DNA of 64,000 nucleotides. It comes from Azolla caroliniana. Lineage: Eukaryota > Plantae > Polypodiophyta. Both the position numbers and the translations under genes were made by a program. Location: positions 310,001 through 374,000 of the forward strand of contig JBHGNT010000028.1 in NCBI GenBank assembly GCA_043228905.1, written 5' to 3'. Shown here piece after piece: positions 55,171 through 64,000 of the stretch. Every line of letters starts with the position of its first letter. Position 1 is the first letter of the stretch. Under the pieces are notes generated by a model that worked only from the letters and a program-made list of their open reading frames with translations, did no database searches and was not told the origin of the DNA.

Positions 55171-58100
55171 CCGATATCACACTCGCCAGATATGAACATT
55201 TTAATTTACCTACTAGCTCTTCCCAACTACCTGCTCATGTTGCTAATTTCGTCATGTCTCTCGACCTGAGTTTCAAAATCTTGATTTTTTAATTCCATAT
55301 CGTAGCTAGCGTTGTTAGCTTCAATTCGCATGTTTGAACACAAAAATCCGATATCACACTCGCCAGATATGAACATTTTAATTTACCTACTAGCTCTTCC
55401 CAACTCCCTCCTCATGTTGCTAATTTCGTGATGTCTCTCGACCTGAGTTTCAAAATCTTGATTTTGTTAATTCCATATCATAGCTAGCGTTGTTAGCTTC
55501 GATTCGCATGTTTGAACACAAAAAACCGATATCACACTCACCAGATATGAACATTTTAATTTACCTACTAGCTCTTCCCAACTCACTCCTCATGTTGCTA
55601 ATTTCGTCATGTCTCTCGACCTGAGTTTCAAAATCTTGATTTTGTTAATTCCATATCATAGCTAGCGTTGTTAGCTTCAATTCACATGTTTGAACACAAA
55701 AATCCGATATCACACTCGCCAGATATGAACATTTTAATTTACCTACTAGCTCTTCCCAACTACCTGCTCATGTTGCTAATTTCGTCATGTCTCTCGACCT
55801 GAGTTTCAAAATCTTGATTTTTTAATTCCATATCGTAGCTAGCGTTGTTAGCTTCAATTCGCATGTTTGAACACAAAAATCCGATATCACACTCGCCAGA
55901 TATGAACATTTTAATTTACCTACTAGCTCTTCCCAACTCCCTCCTCATGTTGCTAATTTCGTGATGTCTCTCGACCTGAGTTTCAAAATCTTGATTTTGT
56001 TAATTCCATATCATAGCTAGCGTTGTTAGCTTCGATTCGCATGTTTGAACACAAAAAACCGATATCACACTCACCAGATATGAACATTTTAATTTACCTA
56101 CTAGCTCTTCCCAACTCACTCCTCATGTTGCTAATTTCGTCATGTCTCTCGACCTGAGTTTCAAAATCTTGTTTTTTTAATTCCATATCATAGCTAGCGT
56201 TGTGAGCTTCGATTCGCATGTTTGAACACAAAAATCCGATATCACACTCGCCAGATATGAACATTTTAATTTACCTAGCAGCTCTTCCCAACTCACTCCT
56301 CAAATTTGCTAATTTCGTCATGTCTCTCGACCTGCGTTTCAAAATCTTCATTTTTTAATTCCATATCATAGCTACCGTTGTGAGCTTCCATTCGCATGTT
56401 TGAACACAAAAAACCGATATCACACTCACCAGATATGAACATTTTAATTTACCTACTAGCTCTTCCCAACTACCTGCTCATGTTGCTAATTTCGTCATGT
56501 CTCTCGACCTGAGTTTCAAAATCTTGATTTTGTTAATTCCATATCATAGCTAGCGTTGTTAGCTTCGATTCACATGTTTGAACACAAAAATCCGATATCA
56601 CACTCGCCAGATATGAACATTTTAATTTACCTACTAGCTCTTCCCAACTACCTGCTCATGTTGCTAATTTCGTCATGTCTCTCGACCTGAGTTTCAAAAT
56701 CTTGATTTTTTAATTCCATATCATAGCTAGCGTTGTTAGCTTCGATTCGCATGTTTGAACACAAAAATCCGATATGACACTCGCCAGGTATGATCATTTT
56801 AATTTACTCAAGGGCTCTTCTCAACTCCCTCGTCAAGGTTGCTAATTTCGTCATGTCTCTCGACCTGAGTTTCAAAATCTTGATTTTTTCATTCCATATC
56901 ATAGCTAGCGTTGTTAGCTTCGATTCGCATGTTTGAACACAAAAAACCGATATCACACTCACCAGATATGAACGTTTTAATTTACCTAGCAGCTCTTCCC
57001 AACTCACTCCTCAAATTTGGGAATTTCGTCATATCTCTCGACCTGAGTTTCAAAATCTTGATTTTTTAATTCCATATCATAGCTAGCGTTGTGAGCTTCG
57101 ATTCGCATGTTTGAACACAAAAATCCGATATCACACTCGCCAGATATGAACATTTTAATTTACCTAGCAGCTCTTCCCAACTCACTCCTCAAATTTGCTA
57201 ATTTCGTCATGTCTCTCGACCTGCGTTTCAAAATCATCATTTTTTAATTCCATATCATAGCTACCGTTGTGAGCTTCCATTCGCATGTTTGAACACAAAA
57301 AACCGATATCACACTCACCAGATATGAACATTTTAATTTACCTACTAGCTCTTCCCAACTCCCTCCTCATGTTGCTAATTTCGTCATGTCTCTCGACCTG
57401 AGTTTCAAAATCTTGATTTTGTTAATTCCATATCATAGCTAGCGTTGTTAGCTTCAATTCACATGTTTGAACACAAAAATCCGATATCACACTCGCCAGA
57501 TATGAACATTTTAATTTACCTACTAGCTCTTCCCAACTACCTGCTCATGTTGCTAATTTCGTCATGTCTCTCGACCTGAGTTTCAAAATCTTGATTTTTT
57601 AATTCCATATCGTAGCTAGCGTTGTTAGCTTCAATTCGCATGTTTGAACACAAAAATCCGATATCACACTCGCCAGATATGAACATTTTAATTTACCTAC
57701 TAGCTCTTCCCAACTCCCTCCTCATGTTGCTAATTTCGTGATGTCTCTCGACCTGAGTTTCAAAATCTTGATTTTGTTAATTCCATATCATAGCTAGCGT
57801 TGTTAGCTTCGATTCGCATGTTTGAACACAAAAAACCGATATCACACTCACCAGATATGAACATTTTAATTTACCTACTAGCTCTTCCCAACTCACTCCT
57901 CATGTTGCTAATTTCGTCATGTCTCTCGACCTGAGTTTCAAAATCTTGATTTTGTTAATTCCATATCATAGCTAGCGTTGTTAGCTTCAATTCACATGTT
58001 TGAACACAAAAATCCGATATCACACTCGCCAGATATGAACATTTTAATTTACCTACTAGCTCTTCCCAACTACCTGCTCATGTTGCTAATTTCGTCATGT

Positions 58101-59280
58101 CTCTCGACCTGAGTTTCAAAATCTTGATTTTTTAATTCCATATCGTAGCTAGCGTTGTTAGCTTCAATTCGCATGTTTGAACACAAAAATCCGATATCAC
58201 ACTCGCCAGATATGAACATTTTAATTTACCTACTAGCTCTTCCCAACTCCCTCCTCATGTTGCTAATTTCGTGATGTCTCTCGACCTGAGTTTCAAAATC
58301 TTGATTTTGTTAATTCCATATCATAGCTAGCGTTGTTAGCTTCGATTCGCATGTTTGAACACAAAAAACCGATATCACACTCACCAGATATGAACATTTT
58401 AATTTACCTACTAGCTCTTCCCAACTCACTCCTCATGTTGCTAATTTCGTCATGTCTCTCGACCTGAGTTTCAAAATCTTGTTTTTTTAATTCCATATCA
58501 TAGCTAGCGTTGTGAGCTTCGATTCGCATGTTTGAACACAAAAATCCGATATCACACTCGCCAGATATGAACATTTTAATTTACCTAGCAGCTCTTCCCA
58601 ACTCACTCCTCAAATTTGCTAATTTCGTCATGTCTCTCGACCTGCGTTTCAAAATCTTCATTTTTTAATTCCATATCATAGCTACCGTTGTGAGCTTCCA
58701 TTCGCATGTTTGAACACAAAAAACCGATATCACACTCACCAGATATGAACATTTTAATTTACCTACTAGCTCTTCCCAACTACCTGCTCATGTTGCTAAT
58801 TTCGTCATGTCTCTCGACCTGAGTTTCAAAATCTTGATTTTGTTAATTCCATATCATAGCTAGCGTTGTTAGCTTCGATTCACATGTTTGAACACAAAAA
58901 TCCGATATCACACTCGCCAGATATGAACATTTTAATTTACCTACTAGCTCTTCCCAACTACCTGCTCATGTTGCTAATTTCGTCATGTCTCTCGACCTGA
59001 GTTTCAAAATCTTGATTTTTTAATTCCATATCATAGCTAGCGTTGTTAGCTTCGATTCGCATGTTTGAACACAAAAATCCGATATGACACTCGCCAGGTA
59101 TGATCATTTTAATTTACTCAAGGGCTCTTCTCAACTCCCTCGTCAAGGTTGCTAATTTCGTCATGTCTCTCGACCTGAGTTTCAAAATCTTGATTTTTTC
59201 ATTCCATATCATAGCTAGCGTTGTTAGCTTCGATTCGCATGTTTGAACACAAAAAACCGATATCACACTCACCAGATATG
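54480..59280. repeat. 13-monomer HOR, 2310 bp x2, containing an internal 3-monomer (533 bp) duplication
   Basis: ORFs at 54494, 56804 and 59114 are spaced by 2310. The private variant AAATCATCAT occurs at 54921 and 57231. GCTTCAATTCAC occurs at 55141 and 55674 (+533). Confidence 0.9.
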
Positions 59281-60959
59281 AACATTTTAATTTACCTACT
59301 AGCTCTTCCCAACTCACTCCTCATGTTGCTAATTTCGTCATGTCTCTCGACCTGAGTTTCAAAATCTTGTTTTTTTAATTCCATATCATAGCTAGCGTTG
59401 TAAGCTTCGATTCACATGTTTGAACACAAAAATCCGATATCACACTCGCCAGTTATGAACATTTTAATTTACCTACTAGCTCTTCCCAACTCCCTCCTCA
59501 TGTTGCTAATTTCGTGATGTCTCTCGACCTGAGTTTCAAAATCTTGATTTTTTAATTCCATATCATAGCTACCGTTGTTAGCTTCGATTCGCATGTTTGA
59601 ACACAAAAATCCGATATCACACGAGCCAGGTATGAACATTTTAATTTACTCCAGGGTTCCTCTCAACTCCCTCGTCAAGGTTGCTAATTTCGTCATGTCT
59701 CTCGACCTGAGTTTCAAAATCTTGATTTTTTAATTCCATATCATAGCTAGCGTTGTTAGCTTCGATTCGCATGTTTGAACACAAAAATCCGATATCACAC
59801 TCGCCAGATATGAACATTTTAATTTACCTAGCAGCTCTTCCCAACTCACTCCTCAAATTTGCTAATTTCGTCATGTCTCTCGACCTGAGTTTCAAAATCT
59901 TGATTTTTTAATTCCATATCATAGCTAGCGTTGTTAGCTTCGATTCGCATGTTTGAACACAAAAATCCGATATCACACGAGCCAGGTATGATCATTTTAA
60001 TTTACCTACTAGCTCTTCCCAACTCACTCCTCAAATTTGCTAATTTCGTCATGTCTCTCGACGTGAGTTTCAAAATCTTGATTTTTTAATTCCATATCAT
60101 AGCTAGCGTTGTTAGCTTCGATTCGCATGTTTGAACACAAAAGTCCGATATCACACTCGCCAGTTATGAACATTTTAATTTACCTAGTAGCTCTTCCCAA
60201 CTACCTGCTCATGTTGCTAATTTCGTCATGTCTCTCGACCTGAGTTTCAAAATCTTGATTTTTTAATTCCATATCATAGCTAGCGTTGTTAGCTTCGATT
60301 CGCATGTTTGAACACAAAAATCCGATATCCCACTCGCCAGATATGAACATTTTAATTTACCTACTAGCTCTTCCCAACTCACTCCTCAAATTTGGGAATT
60401 TCGTCATGTCTCTCGACCTGAGTTTCAAAATCTTTATTTTTTAATTCCATATCATAGCTAGCGTTGTAAGCTTCGATTCACATGTTTGAACACAAAAATC
60501 CGATATCACACTCGCCAGTTATGAACATTTTAATTTACCTACTAGCTCTTCCCAACTCCCTCCTCATGTTGCTAATTTCGTCATGTCTCTCGACCTGAGT
60601 TTCAAAATCTTGATTTTGTTAATTCCATATCATAGCTAGCGTTGTTAGCTTCGATTGGCATGTTTGAACACAAAAATCCGATATCACACGTGCCAGGTAT
60701 GAACATTTTAATTTACCTACTAGCTCTTCCCAACTACCTGCTCATGTTGCTAATTTCGTCATGTCTCTCGACCTGAGTTTCAAAATCTTGATTTTTTAAT
60801 TCCATATCGTAGCTAGCGTTGTTAGCTTCAATTCGCATGTTTGAACACAAAAATCCGATATCCCACTCGCCAGATATGAACATTTTAATTTACCTACTAG
60901 CTCTTCCCAACTCACTCCTCAAATTTGGGAATTTCGTCATGTCTCTCGACCTGAGTTTC

Positions 60960-63340
60960 AAAATCTTGTTTTTTTAATTCCATATCATAGCTAGCGTTGT
61001 AAGCTTCGATTCACATGTTTGAACACAAAAATCCGATATCACACTCGCCAGTTATGAACATTTTAATTTACCTACTAGCTCTTCCCAACTCCCTCCTCAT
61101 GTTGCTAATTTCGTGATGTCTCTCGACCTGAGTTTCAAAATCTTGATTTTGTTAATTCCATATCATAGCTAGCGTTGTTAGCTTCGATTCACATGTTTGA
61201 ACACAAAAATCCGATATCACACTCGCCAGATATGAACATTCTAATTTACCTACTAGCTCTTCCCAACTACCTGCTCATGTTGCTAATTTCGTCATGTCTC
61301 TCGACCTGAGTTTCAAAATCTTGATTTTTTAATTCCATATCATAGCTAGCGTTGTTAGCTTCGATTCGCATGTTTGAACACAAAAATCCGATATGACACT
61401 CGCCAGATATGAACATTTTAATTTACCTACTAGCTCTTCCCAACTCACTCCTCATGTTGCTAATTTCGTCATGTCTCTCGACCTGAGTTTCAAAATCTTG
61501 ATTTTTTAATTCCATATCATAGCTAGCGTTGTAAGCTTCGATTCACATGTTTGAACACAAAAATCCGATATGACACTCGCCAGTTATGAACATTTTAATT
61601 TACCTAGTAGCTCTTCCCAACTCCCTCCTCATGTTGCTAATTTCGTCATGTCTCTCGACCTGAGTTTCAAAATCTTTATTTTTTAATTCCATATCATAGC
61701 TAGCGTTGTAAGCTTCGATTCGCATGTTTGAACACAAAAATCCGATATCACACTCGCCAGTTATGAACATTTTAATTTACCTACTAGCTCTTCCCAACTC
61801 CCTCCTCATGTTGCTAATTTCGTCATGTCTCTCGACCTGAGTTTCAAAATCTTGATTTTGTTAATTCCATATCATAGCTAGCGTTGTTAGCTTCGATTGG
61901 CATGTTTGAACACAAAAATCCGATATCACACGTGCCAGGTATGATCATTTTAATTTACTCAAGGGCTCTTCTCAACTCCCTCGTCAAGGTTGCTAATTTC
62001 GTCATGTCTCTCGACCTGAGTTTCAAAATCTTGATTTTTTCATTCCATATCATAGCTAGCGTTGTTAGCTTCGATTCGCATGTTTGAACACAAAAAACCG
62101 ATATCACACTCACCAGATATGAACGTTTTAATTTACCTAGCAGCTCTTCCCAACTCACTCCTCAAATTTGGGAATTTCGTCATATCTCTCGACCTGAGTT
62201 TCAAAATCTTGATTTTTTAATTCCATATCATAGCTAGCGTTGTGAGCTTCGATTCGCATGTTTGAACACAAAAATCCGATATCACACTCGCCAGATATGA
62301 ACATTTTAATTTACCTAGCAGCTCTTCCCAACTCACTCCTCAAATTTGCTAATTTCGTCATGTCTCTCGACCTGCGTTTCAAAATCTTCATTTTTTAATT
62401 CCATATCATAGCTACCGTTGTGAGCTTCCATTCGCATGTTTGAACACAAAAAACCGATATCACACTCACCAGATATGAACATTTTAATTTACCTACTAGC
62501 TCTTCCCAACTCCCTCCTCATGTTGCTAATTTCGTCATGTCTCTCGACCTGAGTTTCAAAATCTTGATTTTGTTAATTCCATATCATAGCTAGCGTTGTT
62601 AGCTTCAATTCACATGTTTGAACACAAAAATCCGATATCACACGTGCCAGGTATGATCATTTTAATTTACTCAAGGGCTCTTCTCAACTCCCTCGTCAAG
62701 GTTGCTAATTTCGTCATGTCTCTCGACCTGAGTTTCAAAATCTTGATTTTTTCATTCCATATCATAGCTAGCGTTGTTAGCTTCGATTCGCATGTTTGAA
62801 CACAAAAAACCGATATCACACTCACCAGATATGAACGTTTTAATTTACCTAGCAGCTCTTCCCAACTCACTCCTCAAATTTGGGAATTTCGTCATATCTC
62901 TCGACCTGAGTTTCAAAATCTTGATTTTTTAATTCCATATCATAGCTAGCGTTGTGAGCTTCGATTCGCATGTTTGAACACAAAAATCCGATATCACACT
63001 CGCCAGATATGAACATTTTAATTTACCTAGCAGCTCTTCCCAACTCACTCCTCAAATTTGCTAATTTCGTCATGTCTCTCGACCTGCGTTTCAAAATCTT
63101 CATTTTTTAATTCCATATCATAGCTACCGTTGTGAGCTTCCATTCGCATGTTTGAACACAAAAAACCGATATCACACTCACCAGATATGAACATTTTAAT
63201 TTACCTACTAGCTCTTCCCAACTCCCTCCTCATGTTGCTAATTTCGTCATGTCTCTCGACCTGAGTTTCAAAATCTTGATTTTGTTAATTCCATATCATA
63301 GCTAGCGTTGTTAGCTTCAATTCACATGTTTGAACACAAA
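60960..63340. repeat. Dispersed copy of block at about 52790-55170 (offset 8173 bp, 46 monomers)
   Basis: TCTTGTTTTT at 52791 versus 60964; ORFs 53711/61884 and 54423/62596. Confidence 0.85.
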
Positions 63341-64000
63341 AATCCGATATCACACGTGCCAGGTATGATCATTTTAATTTACTCAAGGGCTCTTCTCAAC
63401 TCCCTCGTCAAGGTTGCTAATTTCGTCATGTCTCTCGACCTGAGTTTCAAAATCTTGATTTTTTCATTCCATATCATAGCTAGCGTTGTTAGCTTCGATT
63501 CGCATGTTTGAACACAAAAAACCGATATCACACTCACCAGATATGAACGTTTTAATTTACCTAGCAGCTCTTCCCAACTCCCTCCTCAAATTTGGGAATT
63601 TCGTCATATCTCTCGACCTGAGTTTCAAAATCTTGATTTTTTAATTCCATATCATAGCTAGCGTTGTGAGCTTCGATTCGCATGTTTGAACACAAAAATC
63701 CGATATCACACTCGCCAGATATGAACATTTTAATTTACCTAGCAGCTCTTCCCAACTCACTCCTCAAATTTGCTAATTTCGTCATGTCTCTCGACCTGCG
63801 TTTCAAAATCTTCATTTTTTAATTCCATATCATAGCTACCGTTGTGAGCTTCCATTCGCATGTTTGAACACAAAAAACCGATATCACACTCACCAGATAT
63901 GAACATTTTAATTTACCTACTAGCTCTTCCCAACTCCCTCCTCATGTTGCTAATTTCGTCATGTCTCTCGACCTGAGTTTCAAAATCTTGATTTTGTTAA
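61800..64000. repeat. 4-monomer HOR, 712 bp x3 (runs to the window edge)
   Basis: ORFs at 61884, 62596 and 63308 are spaced by 712. The variant order is identical in each unit: CACGTGCC, TCAAGGGCTCTT, TTTTCATTCC, GAACGTTT, GTCATATC, GACCTGCG. Confidence 0.92.

Larger units (their letters stand above)
1..64000. repeat. Tandem satellite DNA array, 177-178 bp monomer, about 360 copies (centromeric/pericentromeric-like)
   Basis: The monomer CTCACTCCTCAAATTTG...CTACTAGCTCTTCCCAA restarts at 1, 179, 357, 534, 712, 890, 1063, 1241, 1418 and so on to the end of the window. There is no foreign insertion or inversion. Monomer 1 has 67/178 G+C. The satellite call is direct; the centromeric role is inferred only from monomer size and homogeneity. 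Confidence 0.99.

Noticed and set aside
22633-63511. Overlapping 67 aa ORF pairs on both strands (MLASI... / MSWEEL...RRALE)
   Set aside because: They are chance read-throughs created by the TTTTCATTCC and TCAAGGGCTCTT variants and use non-ATG starts. Their recurrence simply tracks the HORs. They are useful only as position markers.
1-64000. CRISPR-like array or a repeat/variable-cassette coding system
   Set aside because: There are no unique spacers. The entire 178 bp unit repeats with a few shared alleles, and there are no cas, recombinase or reverse transcriptase genes.
1-64000. Embedded transposon, strand inversion or telomeric repeat
   Set aside because: I read through the window and every segment fits the monomer in the same orientation, with no foreign sequence.

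Overview
The whole 64 kb window is one uninterrupted, head-to-tail tandem satellite array of about 360 monomers of 177-178 bp (about 38% GC in monomer 1), all in the same orientation. It looks like a eukaryotic centromeric or pericentromeric satellite, but I cannot identify the organism or the family. I found no credible genes, RNA genes, transposons or CRISPR arrays, and all ORFs in the track are artefacts of repeat variants. The informative signal is the arrangement of monomer variants. There are two variant domains meeting in a mosaic zone at about 22.6-26.7 kb. There are nested higher-order repeats (HORs) of 3, 4, 5, 8, 10-12, 13, 22 and 29 monomers. There is a 10.8 kb tandem duplication with a mappable chimeric junction at about 39.1 kb, and an island of left-domain monomers at about 59.6-60.4 kb. 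All periods were measured by hand from diagnostic SNPs and ORF-track offsets, so block ends are approximate.
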